A stretch of DNA of 64,000 bases from Blastocladiella emersonii ATCC 22665 (GCA_025594325.1 JANHCV010000002.1:1922001-1986000); one strand, 5' to 3'. Numbered from the stretch's first letter, positions 22,037 to 34,915 are shown. The notes: a model not told the origin generated them from the sequence alone. Program-made: numbers and translations.

Positions 22037-23365
22037 TCAGGGCTTGGCGACTCCTGGCTTCTTCACCATGCCCATCAAGTCCTTGGCCTTGGTCCAGAGC
22101 GGCAGCCCCGAGTTGACCCAGAACTCGACCACCTGCGGTCCCTTGGACGTCTCGCGCAAGGCGAGCGGGACGCCGGCGCCCGTGTACTTGAGCGGCAGCC
22201 CAGAGTCGCACCACCACTGGAGCACCTTGACCCACCCGTGCCGCGACGCCGTGTCCATGGCCACGGCCGTGTACTTGAGCGGCAGGCCCGACTGCTTCCA
22301 CCACTCGAGCCGCATCACCACCAAGTCCTCCTCGTTGTTCGAGAAGCTCGAGTCCATGGACGTCTCCGTGTACTCGAGCGCCTCGTCCGGGAGATGCGCC
22401 ACGGCCCACTTGAGAACGCTGATCGCGTCGTACTCGCTTGCCACGTCGAGGAGGCGACGCGGCGTTCCGTCGCTGGCCGTGGTCCACGCGTCGTCGTCGA
22501 CAGGTACGACGCGCGTCGCGATCCAGTTGAGCAGGTTGGCGCGGTTGCGTTCAACCGCGGTCCCGATGGCCGCCGACCAGTCGTGTGTGCGCACCGAGTC
22601 GGGGAACTCGCGGAACCAAAAGTCGAGGCTCGCGATGGCCTCGTTGCCGCACGCGCCGTCGAGCGAGACGGCGGCGGGATCGAGCGGTAGACCGTTCGCC
22701 TTGAACCACTCGAGGATGGCGGCGTGGTTGTTGTCGGTGGCCCGCTGGACGGCAGTACCGAGCTTGAGATCAAGGCCCAACGCGAGGAACCACTGGAACA
22801 CCTCGAGGTTGCCGCGGGCCGCCGCCTCGCCCAGGGCGTCGTCCGAGTACCAGTTCGTGAGCCCCGAGTCGCGCCACCACTGGAGCACAGGGATGTAGCA
22901 CCGAGTCGCGGCGCCGTCGCCCGCACGCTCCGTGTACCGCATCTCGAGTCCCGAAGCGCGCCACCAGTCGAGGACGTGGACGTGGCTGTTCGCGCTCGCC
23001 TCGTCCAGAGCCGATGCATCATACAAATTGTGGCGGCCCGACTCGTGCTGCCACCACTCGTGCAGGTCGATGCTCCCACTCCCCGCAATGCACGCCGTGT
23101 GGGCTTCGATGAACTCAAAGTTCCCGCTCGGCCCGCGGTAGCGCAGCAGCGCACGGAAGAGCGGCACGTTGCAGTTGCGGATCGCGCGAATCGTGGTGAG
23201 CGAGTGCGAGTACAGCATCACGGCGCGCTGCACGCGGTCCAGGCCCGGCGCAACGCGCGTGTACGAGGCCGGATCGCCCCACCGGTCGGCCATGAAGGCG
23301 ATGATCAGGATCTGCTCGGTGAGCTCAAGCGGTAGTTTCGGCAGTGGGCGATCCATGGTTTTCAT
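22037..23365 (-). CDS. Array A copy 5, about 440 aa
   Basis: MKTMDRPLPKLPLELTEQILIIA; same repeats; open frame. Confidence 0.85.
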   Translation of the reverse strand: MKTMDRPLPKLPLELTEQILIIAFMADRWGDPASYTRVAPGLDRVQRAVMLYSHSLTTIRAIRNCNVPLFRALLRYRGPSGNFEFIEAHTACIAGSGSIDLHEWWQHESGRHNLYDASALDEASANSHVHVLDWWRASGLEMRYTERAGDGAATRCYIPVLQWWRDSGLTNWYSDDALGEAAARGNLEVFQWFLALGLDLKLGTAVQRATDNNHAAILEWFKANGLPLDPAAVSLDGACGNEAIASLDFWFREFPDSVRTHDWSAAIGTAVERNRANLLNWIATRVVPVDDDAWTTASDGTPRRLLDVASEYDAISVLKWAVAHLPDEALEYTETSMDSSFSNNEEDLVVMRLEWWKQSGLPLKYTAVAMDTASRHGWVKVLQWWCDSGLPLKYTGAGVPLALRETSKGPQVVEFWVNSGLPLWTKAKDLMGMVKKPGVAKP

Positions 23366-23575
23366 AATTTTTTTTTTCGTGTCAAAAGAGGAGGACTGGT
23401 CAAGGAGTTTTTCCCTCAATCATGTGGGCGACCTGTTCAAGGCCGCGCTGCGCCACAATTCACCTGCACGTGGTGCCTCGCAGCGCACGCGTTCCAAGGT
23501 CGAGTCTGCGCGAAAGGCTTGACCAGTGTCCATGTCAAGAGAATAAGGCTGAGAGCAAAACCGATTCGCCAAAAT

Positions 23576-24943
23576 CTATTCATCGCTGAGCTGGTACTGC
23601 AACCCCATTGCGGCCTTGAAGCACGCTTCCGCGACCTCCTCCTCCTTGGCCCTGCGCATCACGTCCTCGGCCTTGGCCCAGTTCGGGAGCCCCGAATCGA
23701 GCCAGGCGTTGATCGTCTCGGCGCCGCGCCACGTGTCGGTGAGAGCACGCACGACGCCCGCGCCCGTGTACTTGAGCTCGAGGCCCGACTTGAACCACCA
23801 CTCGAGCACGCTGGCCCACCCTTCCGCGGTGGCGCCGTCGATGGCGGCGGCCGTGTACTTGAGCGGGAGCCCCGACGCGCGCCACCACTCGAGCCGCGCA
23901 ACCACCTTCTCCTCGTCACAACGGTTGTTCTCGTCGAGCGACGCCTCCGTGTACTCGAGCGCGGCGGCGGGCAGGTGCGCGACGAGCCAGTCGAGCACCG
24001 CGACGGCATCGTGCTTGCTCGCGAGGTCGAGCAGGCGGCGCGGGGTCCCGTCGTCCTGGATCGACCACGCGGGCTGGTCGACGGGGACCACGTTCTTGGC
24101 GATCCAGTCGAGCACGCCCGCCGAGTCGCGCTCGACGGCGGACCCCATGGCCGAGGCCCAGTCGCGCGCGCGCACCGGGGCGGGGAACTCGCGCAGCCAA
24201 AAGTCGAGCGCCGCGATAGCGTCGCTGCCGCACGCGCCGTCGAGCGAGATGGCGGCGGGGTCGAGCGGGAGGCCCTTGGACTTCATCCACTCGAGGACGG
24301 CGGCCTGGTTGTGGTCGGTAGCCTTCTGCGCGGCGGTCTCGAGCTTGAGCTCGAGGCCCGAGTCGAGGAACCACTGGAACACCTCGAGGTTGCCGCGCTC
24401 GGCCGCCTCGCCGAGCGCGTCCTCCGTGTACAGGACCTCAAGCCCCGAGTCGCGCCACCACTGCATGACGGCGATCCGGCCCTCGCGCGCGGCGCCGTTG
24501 AAGGCCTCGCGCGAGTGGCCGAACGGCAGCCCGGACTTCTTCCACCAGTCGAGGACGGGCACGTGGCCGTTGATGCTGGCGTAGTTAAGCGCCCACCCGT
24601 CGTGCATGTCGGGGCTGCCCGACTCGTGCAGCCACCAGTCGAGCATGTCGACGCGCCCCGCCGCGGCAATGTCGTTCGTGTACCCCGAGTAGTACTCGAT
24701 CTTCTCGCCCGGTTTGCACGCGCGCACCATGGCGCGCAGGAGCGGCAGCTGGCCGTCCCGCACCGCCACGTAGCTCGACATGCGGCGCAGCGCAACGCGG
24801 CGCAGCCGGTTCAGGCCCGGCGCTACGCTCATGTACGCGTACGGGTCCGACGCCCACGACTCCTCGCTCGTCAGCGCGAGGATCAGGATCCGCTCGATCA
24901 GCTCGAGCGGCAGGCGCGGGATCGTCGGGGTGTCTAGTTCCAT
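23576..24943 (-). CDS. Array A copy 6, 455 aa
   Basis: IPRLPLELIERILILA; same repeats; TATATAA at 25010-25016 upstream. Confidence 0.85.
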   Translation of the reverse strand: MELDTPTIPRLPLELIERILILALTSEESWASDPYAYMSVAPGLNRLRRVALRRMSSYVAVRDGQLPLLRAMVRACKPGEKIEYYSGYTNDIAAAGRVDMLDWWLHESGSPDMHDGWALNYASINGHVPVLDWWKKSGLPFGHSREAFNGAAREGRIAVMQWWRDSGLEVLYTEDALGEAAERGNLEVFQWFLDSGLELKLETAAQKATDHNQAAVLEWMKSKGLPLDPAAISLDGACGSDAIAALDFWLREFPAPVRARDWASAMGSAVERDSAGVLDWIAKNVVPVDQPAWSIQDDGTPRRLLDLASKHDAVAVLDWLVAHLPAAALEYTEASLDENNRCDEEKVVARLEWWRASGLPLKYTAAAIDGATAEGWASVLEWWFKSGLELKYTGAGVVRALTDTWRGAETINAWLDSGLPNWAKAEDVMRRAKEEEVAEACFKAAMGLQYQLSDE

Positions 24944-25207
24944 GGGTTTGCTTCGTTGGTTGGTTGGTGGGAGGGCGGACCGCTCGCGCGACGGCGGTGG
25001 CCGCGGCCCTTATATACGCTCGCTGTGGAGAGTGAGCACCAAATCGGGGTTCGCGCTTGACAAGCCTTCCACCGCAGACAACGGACCGGCAACCTGTCTC
25101 CGCCACCCACACGTGATGTCTCGCACCGCAAAAGGACGACGCGTCGGTCATCGCGTCGCGACCTTCGTCGCTGCCGGTCGCACCCCCTCAAAGCCCATGT
25201 ATACGCC

Positions 25208-26490
25208 ATGAGAAGAAATAGCACCCAACCAGCCGCAACGTCCAGCGCACGGCCCGGCTCCGCGGCCTCGACCAACGCCGCGCATGCCGCCGCTGCAGCG
25301 TCCACGTCGTCGTCGGCGCACCACGCGCTCGACCTGCCGCGCGGCGCCGTCGAGAGCGTGGTCGCGATCCTCGAGGATGCCATGGACCAGCTGACGATTC
25401 TCGGCGAAATTTCGGGGCTGCACTACGTACGGCACATACACTCTCGCCCTTTCAGCCCCGCTCACACACCCGCCATGATAGACAACCGACAACCCGAACG
25501 AACGGCGTCGGAGCTCCGCGACGTTCGCGGCGAGTCCGCTCCTCCCGCTCGGCGCGTCGACTTCGGCGCCAGCGACGGGCCGCAGCGCCGCGACCGAGAC
25601 GGCGGTCAAGACGGCCCGCGAGCGCGCGGCGCTGCACCAGCTGCTCGCCACGAGCATCACCGAGCTGCGCCGCGGCCACGTGTCGTCGCTCGTGCGCGCC
25701 GTCGAGGAGGAGAAGTCGAAGCGGAACCTCCTGTTCAACACGCTCGAGCGGTACGCTGCTGACACGTTCCGCCAGCACTCGCAAACACTGACCCGACGAT
25801 AACTGTAGCGAGCGCGAAGCCGCGGCGACACTGCGCGACCTGCAGCGCCAGCTCGCTGACGAGCAGAAAACGCTCGACCGCGAACGGCGCGAGCGCGACG
25901 GCGTGATCCAGCAGCTGCGCGAGGCGATCCAGGAGATCCAGGCGCTGACGGCGTCCGAGCAAAAGTACCTGAAGCGCGAGACGCGCGCGCACGAGGCCGC
26001 GGTGCGGCAAAAGTACCTGCACCAGGAGTCGGCGCTCGTCGACGCGAAACGCCAGCTCGAGCAGGCCGTGGCCATGGAGGACAAGGCCCACGCGACCGCG
26101 GCCGAATACCTGCACCGCCAGCGCGCGGTCCTCGACCGCCAGATCCAGGAGTGGATGGCGCGCCACGAGGAGGATACCGAGACGAAAGCCGCCGAGATCG
26201 ACGCCCTCAAGGCCGCGCGCACCGCCGACGTCGACCGGTACGAGGAGCTCGTCGCGAAATACGAGGAGCTCGAGCGGCTCGTCGACGAGGACCGCGCGCG
26301 CCGCGCCCGCGAGGCCGACGAGCGACGCCAGCTCCGCGCCCTCGAGCGCAAGAACCGCGCCGCGAAACTCATCCAGACGTGGTACCGCGGCATCCTCGCC
26401 GCGCGCAAGCCCGAGCGCAAGGGGACGGGGAAGAAGAGCGGCGGCAAGAAGGCGAGCGCGAAAAAGTCCGCCAAGAAGGGCAAAAAGTAA
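25208..26490 (+). CDS. DRC9: Dynein regulatory complex subunit 9 (IQCG), 389 aa; join(25208..25426,25482..25750,25809..26490)
   Basis: VAILEDAMDQLTILGEIS; coiled coil QEWMARHEEDTETKAAEIDALKAARTAD..EDR; IQ motif AAKLIQTWYRG; Lys-rich tail. The pattern fits IQCG better than IQCD. Confidence 0.8.
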
Positions 26491-26543
26491 CGAGCGAGGT
26501 CATAGACAGAAATGGATTCCATTCAAAACTCACTCTGACTCTC

Positions 26544-29500
26544 TCACGTCTGCACGATATCGACCATGCGCTGCATCAGCGCCGCCGACGCAAACCACTT
26601 ATCGTAGTCGTAGGGCGGTAGCCGCGTGACCATGGCGCGCTCGAGGTCGACGGTCGACTTATCGGCGGGCGGCGGGATGAATGCCGACTGCAGCTGGACC
26701 CCAGGCTCCCACCCCTTCGGGTACCGCGCCATGACCTTGAGCACGGGCCGCGTCTCGTCGCCGTCCACCGCATCATCCTCGTCCGCGCCCTTCTTCTTAG
26801 CCACGGGCTCGTACGCAACGTGCAGCGCCGTGACCTTGCGCTGCGGGACGCGGAGGTCGATCTTGGGCACGGGCGCGTGCCCGAGGTACTTGCGGCCGAC
26901 CGAGTGGATCCACACGCGCGCGCCGAGCGCGAGCATCTCGGTGCCGAGCCGCGCGGTCTCGGACTGCGGCAGGTACTCCCACGACGCGTCGAGCGCCATG
27001 GCCTGCAGCACCGCCGACGTGTACAGCGGCGCGGCGCGGACCGGCGGGTGCTCGACCGTGCGCCACGCGCGCAGCCGGTCGAGCGGGACACGGTGAATGA
27101 ACGGCTGGCAGTGCGGCGGGACGAGCGGCGCGAGCCCTGGGACGTGGCCGGGGACGGGCGGGAGCCACGGCTCGGCGAGGAGCGCGGCCGACGTCGGCCG
27201 CGGGCCCGCGGGCGTCGGGAGCGTCGGCGAGACCGGGGACGTGAGCGGCGTCAGGTCAACGGGCAGCGGCGCGCCGGCGTGCTCGCGCGGGTAGGTGCCC
27301 GGGAACTGCTCGGCCCACGACGTCTCGGCGAGGTCGACGAGGAACCGGAACAGCGTCTCGGTGTCGAGCGGGTCCGTCGCCGACGCCGCGAGCCGCTCGG
27401 CCGTCGACCCGCCGTTCGGCCGCGTCATGAAGTACAGGTGCCGGTAGTACCGCGACAGCGGCAGCTTGAGCACCGTGAACTGGCGCTGCGCGTCGGGCGT
27501 CGTGATCTCCTTGCGCACCGGGTGGCCGGGCTGCGCGGACCGACACGCGTCGCGCACGTCGCGGCCCGTGGACTCGGCCGAGTACGCCGCGAGGACGAGC
27601 ACCGGCCACTCCCGCGTCGCGCGGTGCCGGCGCCGGCCTACGAGGCGGTGCGGCGGATCGGCCGCGCGCGCGGGCCACGCGAGCTCGTCGTCCTCGCCAA
27701 ACTCCGAGTCGGACGAGCTGTTCAGGTCCGCGTCCGGGTTCTGCAGGACCTGCGTGTTCCACGCGGCGCGTTGGCTACACGGAGTCGACGAACGTCAGTT
27801 TCACCCGCGGCCACACCCCGTAACGAAAACCGTACCGCTGCCGCTCATACAAAATCTCAGCATCGATCTGCACCGCCTCGTCGGGCGCCGTGTCGAGCCA
27901 GCACACCTGCATCGAGTGGACCTCGATCGGACCGAAATCCGGCAACGCGAACGCCTGCTCCGGCTCGTTCGCCGATGCGCCGCGCCGGCGCTGCGGGCGG
28001 CGGGACGCGGCCGTCGCCGTGGTCGACCCAGGCGGCCGCCCGCGCCGCCGCGGCTGCGTGCCCGCGGCCTTGGACGACGACAGCGGCACGTGCTGTTTGG
28101 CGAGCTCGCTGTCGCCCGCGTAATCGTCGTCGTCGTCGTCGTCGGTGCTCACCAGCACCAGGTCGCGGTACCGCTGCATCTCGGCGGCCGACTCGGACGA
28201 GAACGCCGTCGCCAGCTTGGCCTTGCGCTGCGGCCGCGTGCGCGCCGCGGGCTCGGGCGCCGCTGCCGCTGCTGCGCCGGCGAGAGACCGGCGGCGCGTC
28301 GTCACGCCCGTCGTTGCCGTGGCATCGACCGCCGTCCCCGTGCGCGGCGCACCCGGCGCGGGCGCGTCCGGCTTGGCGCCCGAGAGCAGGATCCGGCGGC
28401 CCTTGCGAGCCGGCGGCGTAGGCGGATCGGCTGCTAGTGCAGGGGCTGGCGCGGAAGTCGAGCCCGTGGGTGGGCGCTCGGACGTGGGCGAGGGCACCGA
28501 CGGGAGCAGGTTGTGCGGGAACGAGGTCGTGACCCACGACGGCGGGGGTTTCGCGAGCGTGCCCTTACCGGCCTTGGCCGCCGCGGCCTTGCCCTTGGTC
28601 GACTTGCTGCCGGCGGGGACCGAGTCGGTGCTGCTCAGCGACAGCTCGGACGCCTGGCGGCGGACCTGCAGACCACCGAATTTGCCCATGGCGGGCTTAC
28701 CGGCTGTTCCAGCCGCGGCCGCGGCGGCGGCGGCGGCGGCAGGCCCAAGCGCAGGCGTCGAAGAGCTGCTGCCGGCGGCGCTGCCGGCGGCGCTGGTCGG
28801 CTTGATAGCGGACGGCGGGGCGGAGAGCGGGCCGATGAGATCGTCGTCGTCGTGGATTCCGGGTCCCGGGACCGCGGCGGCAGGCCCGGAGAACGAGCCG
28901 ATGAGGCCGTCGTTGATCCCGAGGGCAGCGGGCGCGCGCGCGAGGCGGGAAGGTGCCACCGCGGCCGGCGACGGGATCGCGGCGAGGCCGGGGAGCGAGA
29001 CGGTCGAGTTGGTGCCCGTGCTGAGCATGTTGATCGACGGGTACCCCGACGCGGGCGTCTCGGCGCCGGTGCCGGGCCCGGACTCGGTCGGCGCCTTGTT
29101 GTTGTTGAAGATCCACTTGAGCCAGAGCGGGTCCTGCGCCGATGGCGCGGGCTGGGGCGGCGGCGGTGGTGGTGCAGGTTGAGCGATAGGAGCTGCGGCG
29201 GGCTCCACGGCCGCCGCCGCCGGCGAGGGTCGGGCCGGCCGAAGCGGCGGAGCGATCACCTGCGGCATCGGGCGCGCGGGCGCTGGCGGGTCCTGGAGCG
29301 CTGCGACGAGGGCGGAGACGGGCGCAGGCGAGCCGGGCGGCGACGCGCTCTTGCGCAGGCGAATGAACGGGACGGGAGCGGCGGGGGCGGGCTCGTCGAC
29401 CTTCATCGCCGCGGGCGATCCGGGCGGTGTCGCGCTCTTACGCCGCTGAATGGGTGGGATGGGATTAGGTTCGGGTTCGTCGAGCTGCATCAGCGCGGGC

Positions 29501-31288
29501 GACTCGGCGCGACTCGGTGCCAGATCCACGTCCATGGCGTCGTGCGCGACGGCTTCGCTCGCGTCGGACAGCGAAACAGGTGCAGGGACGGGCGCCGGCG
29601 GCGCGACTGCAGGTACAGGCAGCGGAACCTTCGCGGCCTCGGCGGTCCGCGTGACGACGGGCTTGGGCGGGATCGCGGGCCGCGTCGGGGCCGTCTGCGG
29701 TCTGGGCCGAGGGGGCACCGGCGCAGGGGCCGGGGCCGGCGCGGGTGCAGCGACAGGTTTAGGCTGGGCGGGCGCAGGTGCAGCTGCAGGTTTGGGCGCG
29801 GCGGGCGCAGGTGGGGCGGGCCGGACGACGGGCGGCGCGAAGAATCCGCGAAGGGCGACATTCCCGAAAAACTTCTCACCGAGGGCCGAGGGCGGGCGCA
29901 GCTGCTGGAGGGCGGCCGAGAGGTAGTTGACGGGCACGGCCGGGCGGGCGGCGGTAGCGGCGCGCGAGGGGATGTTGGCCGCGGCGGCGAAGGTCGGGTC
30001 CGAGGCCGGGATGAGCCAGTCGAGCGAGAGGGCGCGGGTCGGGTCGGGGAGCGTTGGGGCGGGAGCAGCACCTAACAGAAGAAGCGGGACAGGTCAACAA
30101 GAAGGTTACTAACAAAAGGATGGGGTATGCTATTCATGAATCATGACGAAGACGGCTCGTACCAGCGGCGGCGGTGGCGGGCGGTGGTGGTGCGCGGTCC
30201 GGCGCAAACCCGACGCTCCGCGGCTGCGACGGCGGAGACTGCTGCTTCTGCGCGTCGGCGGACAAGAGGCTCGCGAACCCGCCGGTAGGTTTGGCGCGCG
30301 TTTTCGGCTTTGGCGCGTCGCCGCCGCGAGCGAGCCCGGTCCCGCTGGCCTTCACCGGCGCAGCGGATGCCGAGGAAGCCGATGGCGAGCCAGGCGGCGA
30401 GACACGGGCGCGCTTCGGTGGTGGGGCCGCCGATGACTCACCGTCGGCGAGGCCGGGCGACGCCCGACGAAGGGCCTTGGCGGATCCAAAGGTCGGTGGT
30501 GGTGGCGAGGACTGTTTCGAGGGTGTGCCGCTGCCGCCGCCGGTGGTGGTGGGCGGGTTGAACTGGGCCGGAGCACGGGCGGGCAACGGGCGGCCCGTCA
30601 CCGCAGGTCGCGCAGGTGCGGTGCCCGAGGGCGGCTTGGCCCAGGCGGGCGTGTTCTCGTTGCCGGACGGCGAGGGCGTCGTGTTGCGGTTGGGCTCGGG
30701 CATGATGACATTGACGAGGGGCGACGACTTTTTCGACGGGCCGGCGCTGCCGTCCCCTGCGTCGCGCGGCCGTTTCGCGGGCGCGAGGGCGGGGGTCGAG
30801 GACGGGCTGCCGACGGACGCGGCGCGCGAGTTGCGGCCGGAGCCCGAGGCGCCCTTGCTGCCGGCGCGGCGCTGGCGGTCGGGCGAGTTGGAGGCCGACT
30901 CGGGCATGGGGCTGAGCGAGAGGCCGCGGGTGCGGCCGCTGCAGACGACGCATGGGCAGCCGGCGTCGTCGGCGGCGACGGGGTCGTCGGACTTGTTGAA
31001 GAGCCACTGCAGGTGCGGGGCAAACTCGTTGGGCGAGCGGAACAGGCGGCCGGACGGGTGGCCGGCGAGGTAGCGGTCCATGCGGGTGCCGCCGCTCGGG
31101 GTGCCGCGCGTGTGGTCAAACGTCTTGTACCCGGCGGGCAGCGCCGTGAGCCGCAGCTTGGTGCGGTACAGCGCGTCGCCGTTGGGCGAGGCCGCGTACC
31201 CGACGGGCGCCGACTCGAGCGGCCACCGCATGTCGGTGCCGTCGCTGTACGTCGGCGGCGCGCGGATCGGGGTGTCGGGGCTGTTCAT
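26544..31288 (-). CDS. Clr2-like (SHREC-type silencing) protein, about 1530 aa; complement join(26544..27774,27836..30071,30163..31288)
   Basis: N-terminal LPAGYKTFDH..R.DRYLAGHPSGRLFRSPNEFAPHLQWL..CPCVVC is the Clr2 transcription-silencing domain pattern. Two GT-AG introns join three ORFs in frame; long disordered middle; globular C-terminus. Confidence 0.7.
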
Positions 31289-31890
31289 GGTGTGCGGTGG
31301 TGGTCGGTGGAGACGAGAGGCGAGCGAAGGACGACGTCGACGGGCGGGTGACTCCCACCGCGCACACGAAAGCAGGGACCGGTCGCGCGGGTCGCGTAAT
31401 TCGGCGCGAATACGGGCGCAGATGGCGATGCAGCGAGTATCGTGGACCGCGCGCGCAGTTACATGGGATCTCGAGCGACCGAGCGGGAGCGGCGACGCAG
31501 TAAGTGATACGCGGCGAGTATGACGGCGGTTTCACGGTTTCGCGCGCACGCCGCGTCACATGGGCGCGCGAAACCACTCATCTCCGCCCCTCCGCCTGGC
31601 CCGCTGTGGCGTCTCCACCCCCTCTCGCCTTCGTGTCCGCCAAAGTCAACAATCGGTCCGCGCTCCCCCTGCTCCGCCGAAGCAACCCACGACGCCGTGG
31701 CTCTGTCCACGCATACGCATCTGACGCATCAACTCTCTCCCGCAGCGCCGCTCCCGCCCCGCCCTCCACTGCCCTGCCGAGTCGCGCTCCACTCGGCGGC
31801 AGGTCTTCTCCATCTCTCGACCGGCCCGCTCGATCTCGCCTGATCGGCCAACGGTCCATTGTCACACCCGCCAACCCCGCCCGCCCTGCC

Positions 31891-34800
31891 ATGCTCCGCG
31901 CCGCGAACCGCGTGGCCCTGAGCGGCGCCCTGGCGCGATCCGCCGCGGTTGCCGCCGCCGGTGCCGCGCGCCCATCTGCCGCCGCGGCCTCGCCCTACGC
32001 GCTGCACGGCTCCGTGGGTGCCGCTGCGCCGTTCCGCCAGCCGCTTCCCGCCGTGTCCGGCCTGGCGCTCGCGACGCTGCGCGGCACCGGCGCGCGGCCC
32101 ATCTCGCTGTGGTCGCGCGTCGGCCCGCTGCGCCGGCTCCCCGTGCTGCTCGGTGGCGGCGCCGCCTCGGCCTACGCCTACGTCCAGTACCAGGTGGCGG
32201 GTACGTGGTCCGTCCACCTTGTGCCCATGCACGCCGCCGCCGCCACCGCTGCTGCCGCATCCGCCGACTTTGGTGGGCTGCCGCCATTGGAGGGCGCCGC
32301 CGCCGACCAGCAGCTCGCCGCCCTCGCATGGACGATCCTCGCGCTCGCCGTCTGTACGTCCCCCAGTTCTCTCAGCTCTCGCTCTCCCCCGCTCGCGGCT
32401 TCAGCTTCGACTCTTTCCGGCAGCGGTAGCGGCGGCAGCGGCTCGACCCATCCCATCTCTGATCCGTGTTCACCACTCGCTCACACCCGTACGCGACCCT
32501 CGTGATGTAGCCACCGCCAACTGGATGAACGACAAGGTCGACTTTGCCAAATCCTCGTTCCTCGACGCCCTCGACTCGGTCTCCGCCAACCTCTCGCCGC
32601 TGCAGGACAGCCTGCGCCAGCGCCTCGACCTGCTGCAGAGCCAGCTCGGCACCTTCTCGCGAGACGCCGGCGCCCGCGGCGGTAGCAACAGCAGTGGAAG
32701 CAATAGCAGCGGCGGGTCGCCCGGTCCATCATCCTCATCCTCCTCCTCGGCCGCCGCCAGCGGCAAGGGCGGCGACGAGGACGACGACGAGGACGACCGC
32801 AAGCACCGCGGGCCCGTCAAACCCGACAACGCCAACGACGACGAGTTCATGGACCTGACCAAGAAGCTGATCGAGGTGCGCAACATCCTCAAGTCGGCCA
32901 AGGTCACGGGCAACCTGGTCCTGCCCAGCATCGTCGTCATCGGCAGCCAGTCGAGCGGCAAGTCGTCGGTCCTCGAGACCATTGTCGGCCGCGAGTTCCT
33001 GCCCAAGGGGTCCAACATGGTCACGCGGCGCCCGCTTGAGCTCACGCTCATCCACACGCCCGACTCGAACGAGGAGTACGGCGAGTTCCCGCAGCTCGGG
33101 CTCGGCCGCGTCACCAACTTCCGCCAGATCCAGCAGACGCTGTACGACCTCAACATGGCCGTCAAGGACGAGTGCGTCAGCGACAACCCCATCGAGCTGC
33201 GCATCTACTCGCCCAACGTGCCCGACCTCACCCTCGTCGACCTCCCCGGGTACATCCAGATCCACTCCAAGAACCAGCCGCGCGACCTCAAGGAGAAGAT
33301 CGCCGCGCTGTGCGAAAAGTACATCCAGGAGCCCAACCTCATCCTCGCCGTGTGCGCCGCCGACGTCGATCTCGCCAACTCGGAGGCGCTCCGCTCGTCG
33401 CGCCGCGTCGACCCGCTCGGCCTGCGCACCATCGGCGTCCTCACCAAGATCGACCTCGTCTCGGTCGAGCAGGGCACCAACCTGCTCCTGCACAACGAGT
33501 ACCCGCTGCACCTCGGCTACGTCGGCGTCGTGTGCTCGTCGCCCAAGGCCGCCAACTCGGCGCTCGCCCCGTACCGGCGCACCGCCGAGGGAACGTCGCA
33601 CGTCGGGATCCCCGTGCTCCGCCAGCTCCTGATGCGCACGCTCGAGGAGCGCATGGGCAGCCGGCTCACGTCGCTGTCGGACGCGGTCGAGCAGGAGCTC
33701 GCCGAGACCAACTACCAGTTCAAGGTGCTGTACAACGACCGGCGCATCACGGCCGAGAGCTACCTCGCCGAGACCATGGACACGCTCAAGCACCGGTTCA
33801 AGGACTTTACGCGGCAGTTTGGCAAGCCGCAGGTCCGCCAGGAGGTGCGCACCATGCTCGAGCAGCGCATCGTCGACATCTGCGAGCAGCTGTACTGGAC
33901 CGACCCCAAGCAGGCCGAAATGAACACGACCGCCGCCAAGACCGACGAGTACTGGGCCCACAAGCTCGCGCTCGCGTCCTCGGCCCTCACCAAGTCGGGC
34001 GTCGGCCGGTCCTCGACCCAGCTCGTCGTCGACTCGCTCATGCAGCACATGGAGAAGCTCGTCGCCAACGAGCCCTTCGCGTCGCACCCGGACACGCGCC
34101 GCAAGGTGCTCATGCTCGCCAACGACATTATCCGGACCAAGTTCCACACCACCGTCGACCAGGTCGAGAACACCATCAAGCCGTACAAGTTCGAGGTCGA
34201 GTGCACCGACCAGGAGTGGGCCGACGCCACCAAGCGCGCGGTCGCGCTGCTCGAGAAGGAGATCAAGGAGTCGCAGAAGGCGTACGACGCCGTCAAGTCG
34301 ACGGTCGGCCGCCGCACGCTCAACGGCGCCCTCAGCTACCTCGACACGGTCGACAAGAAGCAGGTGATGCCGACGGGCAACCTCAAGCCCGCCGAGGACC
34401 CGGCCCGCGACCCGCTGCTCCGCGCGGTGCCGTCGGCCGACGCCGAGGAGTCGTCGCGGCCGTCGGGGTACTCGGACAGCCTGCTCGCCAAGGCGCGCGT
34501 CGCCATGTACCACAACGCGCGCATGCAGTCGCTGTACAACCGCCTGTACCACATCAAGTCGCGCAGCTGCCGGTCGCCCAGCTGCCAGGAGACGTGCCCC
34601 GAGATCTTCCTCACGTGCGTCTCCGAGAAGCTCACGTACACGGCGGTCATGTTCATCTACATCGAGCTGCTCAACGAGTTCTTCTTCCAGTTCCCGCGCG
34701 ACGTCGACGAGCGCCTCTACTACGACCTGTCCAAGCAGCAGATCGCCACGTTTGCTCGCGAGAACACGCACATCCGCAAGCAGCTCGACCTCGCCGAGCG

Positions 34801-34915
34801 CAAGTCCGTTCTCGACCTCGCCCAGCTCAAGCTCCGCGCCCTCGTTCGCCGGCAGGAGGAGATTGCGCGCAAGAAGCGCGAGCAGGAGCGCGACGCCAAC
34901 CGCGGCGGGTACTAG
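31891..34915 (+). CDS. MGM1: Mitochondrial dynamin-like GTPase Mgm1/OPA1, 904 aa; join(31891..32200,32511..34915)
   Basis: Arg/Ala presequence plus hydrophobic LLGGGAASAYAYVQY; LPSIVVIGSQSSGKSSVLE, VTRRPLELTL, DLPG and TKID; C-terminal CPEIFL. Confidence 0.95.

Noticed and set aside
25208-26490. DRC10/IQCD assignment
   Set aside because: The DTETK...ALKA...EDR pattern fits IQCG/DRC9 better.
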